Of a DNA stretch of 64,000 nucleotides, positions 40,507 through 50,788 are shown piece after piece. Source of the stretch: Candidatus Omnitrophota bacterium (GTDB taxonomy: Bacteria; Omnitrophota; Gorgyraeia; Gygaellales; Profunditerraquicolaceae). The stretch is from positions 206,206-270,205 of the forward strand of contig QZKH01000002.1 in assembly GCA_003598025.1 (NCBI GenBank). The letters run 5' to 3'. The position numbers and the translations under genes were made by a program. The first letter of the stretch is position 1. Every line of letters begins with the position of its first letter. Below the pieces are notes generated by a model. The model saw only the letters and a list, made by a program, of their open reading frames with translations, did no database searches and was not told the origin of the DNA.

Positions 40507-41250
40507 ATGAAAAAGAAAAACATAATCATAATATCGAGCGTGGTTGTTATCCTGGGATTATTATTATTATCGGTAAAGCTTATGCCCGGCAGTATGAAAT
40601 GGGCAAAACAAGAAAAAGATAAAAGCCTGGATTTTCCGTATTTAGGCGAAAAGATAATCTATGAGGTGAAATTCGGGAAAATCCCTTTAGGCAGCGCAGT
40701 TTTTACTTATTTACCGCCTGAAACTGCGGGAGAAGGTATGATGTTGAGCCACATGAGGTTTGAAACAAGTGTTGCGCGCCTTAAGGACACGGAAGATATT
40801 TACTGTGACCCTAAAACAATGCTGCCCATAAAGATAAAGAGAGAAATCGTAAAGTGGATAAAAAAGGAGAATATCGTTGAGGAATATGACCAGAAGAATT
40901 TTTCGTTAAAGATAACAAAAAACGGTAATTCTGAGGAGAGCGTTTTTATTAAAAAAGATTCACCTATCCACAATGCTGTTTTGCTTCCGTTCTATGTCCG
41001 CGGGATCGCGGACCTGAAAAAGGGCTGGCAGCTTAAGGTCGCCCTTCCTCAAAAAAATTTTATTGTGACGCTTGATTCGGTAGAAAAGGTCAAGGTGCCT
41101 GCCGGGGAATTTCTTGCTTACCATTTTGTAAGCGAGCCGGCAGCAGTCGAAATATGGATAACCGTCGAGAAACGCATACCGGTTAAAATCGAAGGGCTGG
41201 GTGCGTTTGGGTATTCTCTTCAGATGAAGGAACTGCTTAAGGATGGCTAA
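40507..41250 (+). CDS. DUF3108-like exported protein
   Basis: N-terminal TM, GEKIIYEV, EKVKVPAGEF, WIT..KRIPVKI. Confidence 0.72.
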   Translation: MKKKNIIIISSVVVILGLLLLSVKLMPGSMKWAKQEKDKSLDFPYLGEKIIYEVKFGKIPLGSAVFTYLPPETAGEGMMLSHMRFETSVARLKDTEDIYCDPKTMLPIKIKREIVKWIKKENIVEEYDQKNFSLKITKNGNSEESVFIKKDSPIHNAVLLPFYVRGIADLKKGWQLKVALPQKNFIVTLDSVEKVKVPAGEFLAYHFVSEPAAVEIWITVEKRIPVKIEGLGAFGYSLQMKELLKDG

Positions 41251-42286
41251 GGCAAAAATAATCTGTACTATCGGCCCTGCAAGCGACAATTATAGCGTCT
41301 TAAGAAAAATGATGCTTGCGGGAATGGATGTTGCCAGGCTTAATTTCTCCCACGGTAACCACCTTTCTCACCAGAAAAGAATAGCGCTTATAAGAAAGCT
41401 TAATGCCAAATACAGAAGGCATATACGGATACTGCAGGACTTAGAAGGCTACCGTATAAGGATCGGAAAACTTAAGCACGGACCGGTAGTTTTAAAGAAA
41501 AAACAGGTATTATACCTGGCAAAAGAAAACTCTTTGCCTGATAAGCCGCACATCCCTTTCGACTACCCTGATAAACTTTCTTTTATAAGGAAAGGAGCAT
41601 TAATATTCATAGACGACGGGAATATCTGCCTGCAGGTAAAAAGAAGCGCGGATTATTATTTACAGGCCGAGGTTGTAATTGGCGGTTTGCTTAAGGAATC
41701 AAAGGGGGTAAATATCCCCGGAGTTAACTTGCGTTTCCGCGGCATAACGGATAAGGACCGCAGGGATGTTGAGTTCGGGATATGCAATAAAGTGGATTTC
41801 ATAGCCCAGTCTTTTGTAAGGGATGCGCTTGATGTGCAGAAAATCAGAGACATGATTCTAGACAGGCTTCCTTCATGCAAGATAATCGCTAAGATAGAAA
41901 ACAGGGCAGGGCTAAAAAATATAGACAGTATAATTGAAGCGAGCGACGGGATAATGATAGCAAGAGGGGATATGGGTGTATCTATACCCTTAGAAGAGGT
42001 TCCGGTCATGCAGAAATACATTATAAAAAGGTGCAGAAGAGCAGGCAAATTTGTCATAACCGCCACACAGATGCTTGAAAGCATGGTTGAAAATATCAGG
42101 CCTACGCGGGCGGAGGCTTCCGACGTGGCGAATGCGGTGTTCGACGGCTCTGGCTACCTTATGCTTTCTGCTGAAAGCGCTGCGGGCAAATACCCCGTGC
42201 AGGCGACAAGATTCATGAACCAGGTAATAGGATTTACTGAACGCTACATTGATTCCGGTTATAAACTGGGTGAAAATTTAAAATAA
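41243..42286 (+). CDS. pyk: Pyruvate kinase, short form lacking the C-terminal domain
   Basis: KIICTIGPAS, RLNFSHG, IAKIEN, MIARGDMG, ATQMLESM, PTRAEASD; only 347 aa. Confidence 0.93.
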   Translation: MAKAKIICTIGPASDNYSVLRKMMLAGMDVARLNFSHGNHLSHQKRIALIRKLNAKYRRHIRILQDLEGYRIRIGKLKHGPVVLKKKQVLYLAKENSLPDKPHIPFDYPDKLSFIRKGALIFIDDGNICLQVKRSADYYLQAEVVIGGLLKESKGVNIPGVNLRFRGITDKDRRDVEFGICNKVDFIAQSFVRDALDVQKIRDMILDRLPSCKIIAKIENRAGLKNIDSIIEASDGIMIARGDMGVSIPLEEVPVMQKYIIKRCRRAGKFVITATQMLESMVENIRPTRAEASDVANAVFDGSGYLMLSAESAAGKYPVQATRFMNQVIGFTERYIDSGYKLGENLK

Positions 42287-42306
42287 ATATGATAAAATAA
42301 TTATCT

Positions 42307-43026
42307 ATGGAAATAAGGATAAGCGTAAAACGCAACATAATAATCATGGAGTTGATCGGTAAGCTTGATGCCGATTCGGCCAACCTCATAGAGGCTATCG
42401 GCCAGTGCCTTCATGACGGCTATGGTGAGTTTTTATTGAATCTTGAGGCAATAGAGTTTATTGATTATCTCGGCATGTCAGCCCTTGTCCTTGCTTATAA
42501 AGAGATAATTAACAGTAAGGCCAGGATAAAAGTGGCAAATATCCCTGCGCACCTCAAGAATTTTTTCGTTGTCACCGGCATGGACAAAGTGGTTGATACA
42601 TATGCAAGCGTTGACCTGGCATTAGAGAGTTTTAAAGAAGACCAGGCCATAGAGAATATAAAAAAGATGCAGTTACGGCGCAGGTTTAAGAGGCTGGCTA
42701 TCGATATAAAAATCGACATGAAGCCTAAAATGAGCGCTAGCCCTGCCTGTTACCAGGCCGATATCCTTAATTTAAGCGCTATAGGTGCATATGTTTATGG
42801 TTGTGACCAATTCCAGCTTGGCGATGAGCTTACCTTGACGCTGAAGCTCGGCGTTGACCCCAAAGAGATGCACTTAAAGGCTAAAGTTGTCTGGATGTCG
42901 GATAAACAGGTGCAGAATCAGCTGCATCCCGGTATGGGGATAGAATTCCTTGACATTTCCAAGCAAGATCAGGATAAACTCCTGGCATTCATTGATAAGA
43001 ATTTATCGTTAACACCGAGTGAATAA
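42307..43026 (+). CDS. STAS (anti-anti-sigma-like) plus PilZ domain protein
   Basis: N-terminal STAS pattern; RRRFKR, NLSAIG, KVVW, GMGIEF. Confidence 0.82.
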   Translation: MEIRISVKRNIIIMELIGKLDADSANLIEAIGQCLHDGYGEFLLNLEAIEFIDYLGMSALVLAYKEIINSKARIKVANIPAHLKNFFVVTGMDKVVDTYASVDLALESFKEDQAIENIKKMQLRRRFKRLAIDIKIDMKPKMSASPACYQADILNLSAIGAYVYGCDQFQLGDELTLTLKLGVDPKEMHLKAKVVWMSDKQVQNQLHPGMGIEFLDISKQDQDKLLAFIDKNLSLTPSE

Positions 43027-43067
43027 TAAAACAGACAGGCAAACCCGGGTTTCGGATAGGCATAAGA

Positions 43068-43454
43068 ATGTCAATTGCATATAAGGTAGAGATAAGCTCG
43101 GAAAAAGATTATTTCAGGGCAAAGTCAAAAGATTATGAATTTGAGATAGGCACAAAGGGCAGAGGGATGAGCCCGCCGGATGTGCTTTTGGCAAGCGTTG
43201 CCAGCTGTGTAGGCGTATATATAAGGAAATATTTTGAGAGCGCAAAAGCCGGAGAGTGCAATTTTCTGGTCAGGGCCGAAGCAGATTTTGCCAAAGAGCC
43301 GCCTTTCCGTTTTGATGAAATAAAAATAGACATTGAGCTTAAAGGCCTTAAACTTGATGACAGGAGAAAATCAGCCCTCCTTGAGTTTGTAAAGAATTGC
43401 CCCGTGCATAATACATTGAAATGTAACCCTAAAGTCAATATCAATATTAACTAA
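43068..43454 (+). CDS. OsmC family protein
   Basis: GMSPPDVLLASVASC...CPVHNTL. Confidence 0.9.
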   Translation: MSIAYKVEISSEKDYFRAKSKDYEFEIGTKGRGMSPPDVLLASVASCVGVYIRKYFESAKAGECNFLVRAEADFAKEPPFRFDEIKIDIELKGLKLDDRRKSALLEFVKNCPVHNTLKCNPKVNININ

Positions 43455-43467
43455 GAAAAGCCAAGGC

Positions 43468-46077
43468 ATGAACTATAAATTTATAGACGATAAAGGTACT
43501 TTTGTAACTGATTCAGCGCAAAGCTTAAATACATATTTTCCGCTGGTTGATGCTAAAGGAAGCATTTTAAGCGCGATCTCGGCAAACTTATCCGGTGATA
43601 TTAAAACAGATAACGAGCATTTCTTAACGCCTCCTGCCAGTATAGAAGACTTAAGAAGCAATTACCTTTCCAGGCGGGAGTTTTTTATCAGGCTCAATAA
43701 GCGCGTAATCAGGCTTTCGGATTTAAAGGCTAAACTTACCGCAGGTTTTCTTTATCATAAACTTTCAAAAGATATATCCGGGCTGAATATTGAAGTGACC
43801 AATTTTGTGCCTCATGATACCGGAGTTGAGGTGATGTGGGTAAAGATCAGGAATAATTCCGCAAAGCCCGTTACGATTGAGGCTACGTCATTCCAGCCGA
43901 TATATGCCAGGTCGGAGAAGAATATGCGCGACCATCGGCACGTAAGCTCGCTTTTAAACCGCATCCAGCTGCATAAATACGGAACCATGGTTAAGCCGAC
44001 GATGGTTTTTGACGAGAGCGGGCACAAAATAAATAAGAGCATATATTTTGTTTTAGGTTTTCAGGATGACGCTATTTTACCGCTCGGGCAATTCCCGACA
44101 TTGGATTATTTCTACGGCAACTCCGATATTAACCGGCCGGATGCTGTTTACGGGCTGGTTAAACCTGCGCTTAAATATGAGCCTGCATTTGACGGCAAAG
44201 AAGCCTGCGGGGCTTTCAGGTTCAGGAGGAAAACTTTGGGCAGGCATGGTGAAGTAAATTATTTCATAATTATGGGCATAAGTTCTGATAAACAGAAGAT
44301 TATGAATATTTTTAAGAGGCTTTCCAGCCGCAAAAAGGTAAATTTAAGCCTTGAGGCGGCAAAAAAATATTGGCTTGGTCTTTTAGGCGCAACGGAGATT
44401 GATTTTAATGGCAGGGATTACAATAACTGGCTGCTGTGGGTGAAATTACAGCCGACTCTGCGCAGGTTGTTTGGCTGCTCATTCCTCCCGCATTTTGATT
44501 ACGGCAAGGGCGGGCGCGGCTGGAGGGATTTATGGCAGGATGCTTTGGCTTTGCTGTTGACAGAGCCTGCCGCAGCCAAAGAAGTGATGCTTAAAAGCTT
44601 TGCCGGCATCAGGGCCGACGGCTCAAATGCCACAATCATAACCAAAAAAGGTGACTTTATATCGGACAGAAACCGCATAAACAGGGTCTGGATGGACCAT
44701 GGCGTCTGGCCCTATCTTACCTGCAGGCTTTACATCAATAAAACGAACGACCTTAATATGCTCCTTAAAGAAGTCGCTTATTTTAAGGACCATCAGATAA
44801 AGAGGGCAAGGGAAATTGATAAAGGGTTTACTCAAAAGGACAATATCCTGCGCGATGTAAAAGGCCGGGTTTATTATGGCTCAGTGCTTGAGCATATTTT
44901 ATTGCAGACCTTGGTGCAATTCTTTAATGTAGGCAGGCACAACATTATCCGGCTTGAGAATGCCGACTGGAATGACGGCCTGGATATGGCGCCGAACAAC
45001 GGAGAGAGCGTTACTTTCAGTTTTATGTATGCGCATAACCTTAAAGATATCTGTGTTTTCTTGAACAAGTTAAATAAAAAGAGCAGGAGCATCAGGGTGT
45101 TTAAGGAATTGAAGATCCTTTTAGACAGGATAGCCGGGCCTATAGATTACAATGATTACAGGCTTAAGCAGAGGCTCCTTAATAAGTATCTGGATGCCTC
45201 TGCCAATATCAGCGGCCAGAAGACAGATATCCTTATTGACGACTTAATCAATGATTTAGAATATAAGGCCGGGCACCTTGGTAATTGGCTGCGTAAAAAT
45301 GAATGGCTTAAAGAAGGTTTCTTTAACGGTTATTACGACGAGGATTCAAAAAGGGTTGAGGGAGGCCGGGGTTCTAACGTAAGGATGATGCTGGCGCCCC
45401 AGGTCTTTGCAATTATGAGCGGGGTTGCAGATGAAGCACAAATAAAAAAGATTTGGGTATCATTAAATAAATATTTACGCAGCAAAGATTGCCGCGGTTT
45501 CAGGTTAAACACTGATTTCGGTAAGGTGTATACCAAGTTAGGCAGGGCTTTCGGTTTTTCTTACGGAGATAAGGAAAACGGCGCATATTTCAGCCACATG
45601 GCAATTATGCTTGCCAATGCTTTTTATAAGAGAGGCTATGTAAAGGAAGGTTTTGAGGTAATGGATTCTTTATACAGGATGGCCTCTAACGACAAGGCAA
45701 AAATATACCCTGTGCTTCCTGAATATTTCAATTCAGAAGGCCGCGGCCTGTATCTTTATCTGACCGGCTCAGCCAGCTGGTACATTTATACTATAATCGA
45801 GCAGGTCCTAGGGGTAAATTTCAGCTTTGGCGATATCGTTCTTAGGCCGATGCTGCTTGCGCAGAATTTTATTAAAGGTAAAAAAATCAAACTCGGGTTA
45901 TCATTATATAATAAAAAAGTCAATATTGAATATACCGCAATTAGCCGTAAAGCTGCCCTTAAAATAAGAAAAGTCATTGTAAACGGGGAAAAATTAACCA
46001 GCCGCGGTGCCTCGTTTATTATAAGCAGGGATAAACTCGTAAAAGATAACAATCTGATAAAAGTATATTTATCCTGA
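43468..46077 (+). CDS. GH94 glycoside phosphorylase (laminaribiose/cellobiose phosphorylase-like)
   Basis: DYGKGGRGWRDLWQD, ADWNDGLD, GESV, KENGAYFSH, PEY, YLTGSASW. Confidence 0.88.
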   Translation: MNYKFIDDKGTFVTDSAQSLNTYFPLVDAKGSILSAISANLSGDIKTDNEHFLTPPASIEDLRSNYLSRREFFIRLNKRVIRLSDLKAKLTAGFLYHKLSKDISGLNIEVTNFVPHDTGVEVMWVKIRNNSAKPVTIEATSFQPIYARSEKNMRDHRHVSSLLNRIQLHKYGTMVKPTMVFDESGHKINKSIYFVLGFQDDAILPLGQFPTLDYFYGNSDINRPDAVYGLVKPALKYEPAFDGKEACGAFRFRRKTLGRHGEVNYFIIMGISSDKQKIMNIFKRLSSRKKVNLSLEAAKKYWLGLLGATEIDFNGRDYNNWLLWVKLQPTLRRLFGCSFLPHFDYGKGGRGWRDLWQDALALLLTEPAAAKEVMLKSFAGIRADGSNATIITKKGDFISDRNRINRVWMDHGVWPYLTCRLYINKTNDLNMLLKEVAYFKDHQIKRAREIDKGFTQKDNILRDVKGRVYYGSVLEHILLQTLVQFFNVGRHNIIRLENADWNDGLDMAPNNGESVTFSFMYAHNLKDICVFLNKLNKKSRSIRVFKELKILLDRIAGPIDYNDYRLKQRLLNKYLDASANISGQKTDILIDDLINDLEYKAGHLGNWLRKNEWLKEGFFNGYYDEDSKRVEGGRGSNVRMMLAPQVFAIMSGVADEAQIKKIWVSLNKYLRSKDCRGFRLNTDFGKVYTKLGRAFGFSYGDKENGAYFSHMAIMLANAFYKRGYVKEGFEVMDSLYRMASNDKAKIYPVLPEYFNSEGRGLYLYLTGSASWYIYTIIEQVLGVNFSFGDIVLRPMLLAQNFIKGKKIKLGLSLYNKKVNIEYTAISRKAALKIRKVIVNGEKLTSRGASFIISRDKLVKDNNLIKVYLS

Positions 46078-46080
46078 TTA

Positions 46081-46761
46081 ATGTCAAAGCCATTCTTGCG
46101 CAAGATGCGTAAATATCCAAGAGTGACGGTTGTATTAAAGGCCCTTAAGCTTATAGAAAATCAGGCGGCAAGTTTTGTTCTCCCTTCAGTTACGGTGATC
46201 TCTGATAGGAAAAAGGACCCTTATCTTGTGCTTATCTCCTGTATTCTTAGCTTGCGCACTAAAGATAAAACGACTATGGAGGCAAGCAGCAGGCTTTTTG
46301 AAGCGGCAGATAATCCTGTTGCTATGTTGAAACTTAACCCCAGGCGTATTGAAAAATTGATTTATCCGGTTGGTTTCTACAGGAATAAGGCTGCCGTCAT
46401 TCTTGATATAAGCAGGCGGATAATTACAGAGTTCTGCGGTAAGGTGCCCGGCACTTTAGAGGAGCTTTTAAGTTTTAAAGGTGTGGGGAGGAAAACAGCT
46501 AACCTTGTCTTGGGCCTGGGGTTCGGGGTACCCGCAATATGCGTGGATACCCATGTAAACCGTATACCCAACAGGATAGGCTGGATAAAGACTGAGTCCC
46601 CTGAAGAAACAGAAGAAGAGCTTAAAAAGATAATCCCTAAGAGCCGTTGGATACAGCTTAATACACTGCTGGTTGCTTTTGGCCAGAATATATGCAAGCC
46701 GGTAAAGCCGCTTTGCGGCTTATGTCATATTGAGAAAATGTGCGAAAAGAGGATAAAATGA
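46081..46761 (+). CDS. nth: Endonuclease III
   Basis: HhH GVGRKTAN, VDTHV, C-X6-C-X2-C-X5-C Fe-S motif. Confidence 0.93.
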   Translation: MSKPFLRKMRKYPRVTVVLKALKLIENQAASFVLPSVTVISDRKKDPYLVLISCILSLRTKDKTTMEASSRLFEAADNPVAMLKLNPRRIEKLIYPVGFYRNKAAVILDISRRIITEFCGKVPGTLEELLSFKGVGRKTANLVLGLGFGVPAICVDTHVNRIPNRIGWIKTESPEETEEELKKIIPKSRWIQLNTLLVAFGQNICKPVKPLCGLCHIEKMCEKRIK

Positions 46762-47138
46762 AAGAAAAAATACACTATCATCATACTGATTGCGGCGGAG
46801 TGGTCTATTATGCGAATTACCTGGATTTCTTTGAAGAGGCACGCACTGAATTCTTCGCAGATAAGGGTTTTTCTGTAGGCGAAATGGCAAAACAGGGGAT
46901 ACTTTTTGTCGTCGCCCGTCAGGAGATAGACTATAAGGCGCCTGCATTCTATGGCGATACCCTTGAAGTAACAGCAACCATGCTTAGCGCCTCAGGGGTG
47001 AAGTTTGAATTCGGCCAGGAAGTAAAGAATCAAGACAATAAGCTTATCTGCCTTGGCAGGACAATCTTAGTCTGTGTAGATAAGAATTTCCGGCCCCAGG
47101 CAATACCCGACAACATCCGCACAGCCCTCTTAAAATAA
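46758..47138 (+). CDS. YbgC/FadM acyl-CoA thioesterase
   Basis: TDCGGVVYYANYLDFFEEAR hot-dog motif. Confidence 0.9.
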   Translation: MKEKIHYHHTDCGGVVYYANYLDFFEEARTEFFADKGFSVGEMAKQGILFVVARQEIDYKAPAFYGDTLEVTATMLSASGVKFEFGQEVKNQDNKLICLGRTILVCVDKNFRPQAIPDNIRTALLK

Positions 47139-47178
47139 GGGCCGTTTCTCCAGCTCCTCATAGAACTGCCCCCGCTGG

Positions 47179-47270
47179 TTTTAGTTGACAGTTCACAGAG
47201 CACAGATTAGTTCACAGTTCACTGTTCACGGATCACAGAACATGGCTGTGAACTAATCTATGAACTAAAA
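47179..47270. repeat. Nested empty inverted heptamer pairs
   Basis: TTTTAG-arm, ATTAG-arm ... ctgtgaa-CTAAT, ctatgaa-CTAAAA. Confidence 0.88.
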
Positions 47271-47305
47271 GCTCTATTTTCGGCTGTTTACCCTCTTAAA
47301 ATCAT

Positions 47306-47334
47306 TTGCTTGGCCCCAGCCTTTATGCTATCAT
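47306..47334 (+). promoter_or_regulatory. Putative sigma70 promoter
   Basis: TTGCTT-17 bp-TATCAT with a TG extension. Confidence 0.45.
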
Positions 47335-47362
47335 ATTTAAATCAATTTTAGCCAAATGAGCC

Positions 47363-47782
47363 ATGAAAATAGTTAATGAAACGCTGAGTTTCAAAACCCG
47401 GGGAAACCCCGATTTAATTAACATAACTGCTGATGTTGCAAAGTGTTTAGGCTCAAAGAAATTCATAAATGGCAGCATTATTTTGTTTGTCATCGGCTCA
47501 ACAGCAGCTCTGACTACATTTGAGTATGAACCGGGCATGATAAAAGATATACAGGAGATATTTGAGAAATTGGTCCCCAGCGCTAAAGGCTATCATCACG
47601 ACCAAACCTGGGGTGATGCCAATGGCTTCAGCCATATAAGGTCTGCTTTGGTAGGCCCATCCCTGACCATACCTTTTAAAGACGCTGAGTTATTGCTTGG
47701 CACCTGGCAGCAGATAGTCCTTCTTGAGTTTGACAACCGGCCGCGCCAGAGAAAAATCGCCGTCCAAATAATCGGAGAATAA
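47363..47782 (+). CDS. YjbQ/UPF0047 family protein
   Basis: STAAL, YHHD..WGDANGFSHIRS, LGTWQQI, EFDNRPR. Confidence 0.92.
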   Translation: MKIVNETLSFKTRGNPDLINITADVAKCLGSKKFINGSIILFVIGSTAALTTFEYEPGMIKDIQEIFEKLVPSAKGYHHDQTWGDANGFSHIRSALVGPSLTIPFKDAELLLGTWQQIVLLEFDNRPRQRKIAVQIIGE

Positions 47783-47784
47783 GA

Positions 47785-48882
47785 TTGAAGAAATCCATAT
47801 TGCATGACCCTAAATTTTTCTTATATTCCCTGGCTACTGACAAGAAAAATGGTTTCATTGCCGGTGTAATTAAATTATTCCTGCTGATTTTATCTTTATT
47901 ATATGGTATAGCCGTTAATTTACTTATACTTTCATCAAGCTCAAGGAAGGCTGTCCTAAAATGCAAGGTCATAAGTATAGGCAATATCACTTTAGGCGGA
48001 ACAGGCAAGACTATGCTTGTGGAATATGTCTCAAGCTTCCTTAAGGAAAGCGGCATAAAATTTGCGATTATCAGCAGGGGTTATAAGAGAACCCTCTCTG
48101 CGGTTGCCAAAAACCAATTCTCAATCGCTCAAATGGGCGATGAGCCATATATGCTCTGGAAAAAACTCAAAGATGTCCCGGTCATCGTAGACAGCGACAG
48201 GATAAATGCCGCTGATAAAGCAATAAATGAATATAAGGTTAATGGCGTACTTCTTGATGATGCATTCCAGCAGTGGGCCATTAAAAAAGACCTGGAGGTC
48301 TGCGTAATCGATTCCTTGAATCCTTTTGGGAACGGGCATCTTATCCCGAGGGGGATTTTACGCGAGCCGCTCTCTTCATTAAAACGGGCGGATGTCTTTG
48401 TCTTAAGCAAGACAAATTTCTGCGAAAACCTTCCTGCGCTTGAACAGAGATTAAGCAGGATTAATTCTAAGGCGCTCATCGTAAAAAGCACCCATGAGTA
48501 CTGCGGGTTTTATAAAATCAACCAGCATCAGCTTGATTTTGAAATGGAATTTTTAAGGGATAAGAAAGTGGCCCTCATCTCCGGCATAGGAGACCCGCAT
48601 TCTTTTGAAAAAACAGTCAATTCTCTCGGCATAGATTATGAACTTTCTTTCAGGTTCATGGATCACCATAATTACACAAGCGACGAATTAAGGCATATCG
48701 TGAATAAGAGCGAAGAAAAAGGCATAACTTATATTATTACCACCGAGAAGGACGCAGTAAGGATCAGCGACCTCAACGAACCGGTTCTTACAGAGAATTT
48801 TCTGGTCTTAAAAGTAAAATTAAAGATAACCGATAATGAAGAAAAATTCCATAGTAGATTACTCAGGGTATTTTCTGCTTAA
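47785..48882 (+). CDS. lpxK: Tetraacyldisaccharide 4'-kinase
   Basis: IGNITLGGTGKT, SRGYK, GDEP, LDDAFQ, PRGILRE, TTEKD. Confidence 0.95.
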   Translation: MKKSILHDPKFFLYSLATDKKNGFIAGVIKLFLLILSLLYGIAVNLLILSSSSRKAVLKCKVISIGNITLGGTGKTMLVEYVSSFLKESGIKFAIISRGYKRTLSAVAKNQFSIAQMGDEPYMLWKKLKDVPVIVDSDRINAADKAINEYKVNGVLLDDAFQQWAIKKDLEVCVIDSLNPFGNGHLIPRGILREPLSSLKRADVFVLSKTNFCENLPALEQRLSRINSKALIVKSTHEYCGFYKINQHQLDFEMEFLRDKKVALISGIGDPHSFEKTVNSLGIDYELSFRFMDHHNYTSDELRHIVNKSEEKGITYIITTEKDAVRISDLNEPVLTENFLVLKVKLKITDNEEKFHSRLLRVFSA

Positions 48883-50788
48883 ATACCTCGGCCCGCTTAT
48901 AAGGTGTCTGCCTGTAAAGGCAGTTTACTTTTTGGGAAGGCGCTTAGGGGAGGCGATATACCTACTTGATTTTAAGCACCGCGCGATAGCGTATTCCAAC
49001 ATGAAGAGGGTCTTAGGCAGTGCTCAGCCTGCCTGGAGGCTGAAGAAGACGTTAAAAGGTTTTTACAGGTCGTTCGGCCAGAGCATTATGGACCTTTTTT
49101 TGATCCCGTCCATAAATGAAAAGTATATCAATAAATATATAAGTATAGACGGCAGGCAAAATTTGGATGAGGCATTTAAAAAAGGAAAGGGAGTCATATT
49201 CTGCGGGGTGCATGAAGGAAGCTGGGAGATCTATAATATCGTCTGTGCAAATTTAGGCCTTCCTTTTGTGCTTTTTGTCCGCCAGCAGTCGCTTAAACGC
49301 ATGGATGCTTTACTAAATTCTTACCGCAGGCATAATCAGTCCAAGGTGATACAGAGGGAAGCAAGTATGCGGCAGCTTGTTGAAGTTTTAGAGAGCAACG
49401 AATCCATAGGGATGACAGTAGATCAGGGAGGCGCAAAAGGCGAGCGGGTGAAATTCTTTGGCAAGAACGCCTCTATGGCAACAGGCGCAATACGCCTTGC
49501 GATAAAGCGCGATGTGACACTTGTGCCTGCTTTTTATCACCGGCTAAAGGGCCAATACGCAAAAATAATAATTGATAAGCCTTTCAAGATAGAGAAAACA
49601 GGGAATATTGAAGAAGACGTAAGGCTTAATTTAGAAAGGCTGATTCAAATATTTGAAGGGTATATTAAAAAATACCCCACTGAATTCTACTGGCCTTACA
49701 GGATATGGAAATACTCCGATGAGCGCAGTGTGCTTGTTTTAAGCGACGGGAAAGCAGGCCACATCAGGCAGTCAGATGCGCTTTTAAAGTTGATCAAAGA
49801 GCATTATGCGCAAGCCGGAATCAAGGCCGATGTCCAATATATAGACGTCAAATTCAAAAATAAATTTTCCAAGTTTTTATTGCAGTTATCGGCCTGTTTT
49901 AGCGGCAGGTACAGCTGCCAGGGCTGCTTCTGGTGCTTAAGGAGGTTTATTGAGCCAAATGTTTTAGGCGCGCTCACTAAAGCAAACCCGGACCTTGTTG
50001 TTTCCTGCGGCTCATCATTAGCTGCAATAAACTTCCTGGTATCAAGGGAGAGCTTAGCAAAATCCATAGTGATCATGAAGCCGTCGGTTTTTAGCGTAAG
50101 GAGGTTTGACCTCGTTATCATGCCCAGGCACGATGCGCCTCCCAGGAGAAAGAATGTTGTTATGATAGACGGTGTGCTCACCGGCGTAAATAAAGATTAT
50201 CTTAAAGAAAAAATGCGGCTGCTTGATGATTCCGGGCTTTACAGGAAAGGCGCCTCTTTCAATAACTATATAGGCTTATTTATCGGCGGAAAAAGCAAGA
50301 AATTCGGCTTAAGCAAGGACACTGCCTTGGCAGTTATAAGGCAGTTAAAAGATGTTTGCAGCAGCGCTGATTTCGGCTTGCTGGCTACTACCTCGCGCAG
50401 GACAACAGATGAGGTCGCCCGCGCAGTAAAAGACGAGCTGCATGATGAGAAATGCTGCTCGCTGCTGGTGATATACAATGAAAAGAATTATCCTTTTATA
50501 TCCGGAGGGATACTGGCAAAGAGCGATATTGTTGTTGTATCTGCTGACAGCATATCCATGGTATGCGAGGCAATAGATAGCTTAAAGCACGTAATCGTAT
50601 TTAAAGACGCAGGCTTATCAGGCAGGCACAAGGCGCTGCTTAATAATTTCGCAAGGAAAGGCCTTATCCATCTTATAGAGCCGGTAAGGCTTAAGGCTGA
50701 GATAGAAGAAATAATCATCCAGAAACCGGTGATAAAAACTAGCTCCAAAGAATCATTGATAAGAGAGGCATTAAAGAAAGTATTATGA
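48836..50788 (+). CDS. Lipid A acyltransferase (LpxL-like) fused to an ELM1/GtrOC1-like domain
   Basis: HEGSWE, DQ motif, YRIWK; then SDGKAGH, FDLVIMPRHD, TTSRRT, DSISMVCEA. Confidence 0.85.
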   Translation: MKKNSIVDYSGYFLLKYLGPLIRCLPVKAVYFLGRRLGEAIYLLDFKHRAIAYSNMKRVLGSAQPAWRLKKTLKGFYRSFGQSIMDLFLIPSINEKYINKYISIDGRQNLDEAFKKGKGVIFCGVHEGSWEIYNIVCANLGLPFVLFVRQQSLKRMDALLNSYRRHNQSKVIQREASMRQLVEVLESNESIGMTVDQGGAKGERVKFFGKNASMATGAIRLAIKRDVTLVPAFYHRLKGQYAKIIIDKPFKIEKTGNIEEDVRLNLERLIQIFEGYIKKYPTEFYWPYRIWKYSDERSVLVLSDGKAGHIRQSDALLKLIKEHYAQAGIKADVQYIDVKFKNKFSKFLLQLSACFSGRYSCQGCFWCLRRFIEPNVLGALTKANPDLVVSCGSSLAAINFLVSRESLAKSIVIMKPSVFSVRRFDLVIMPRHDAPPRRKNVVMIDGVLTGVNKDYLKEKMRLLDDSGLYRKGASFNNYIGLFIGGKSKKFGLSKDTALAVIRQLKDVCSSADFGLLATTSRRTTDEVARAVKDELHDEKCCSLLVIYNEKNYPFISGGILAKSDIVVVSADSISMVCEAIDSLKHVIVFKDAGLSGRHKALLNNFARKGLIHLIEPVRLKAEIEEIIIQKPVIKTSSKESLIREALKKVL

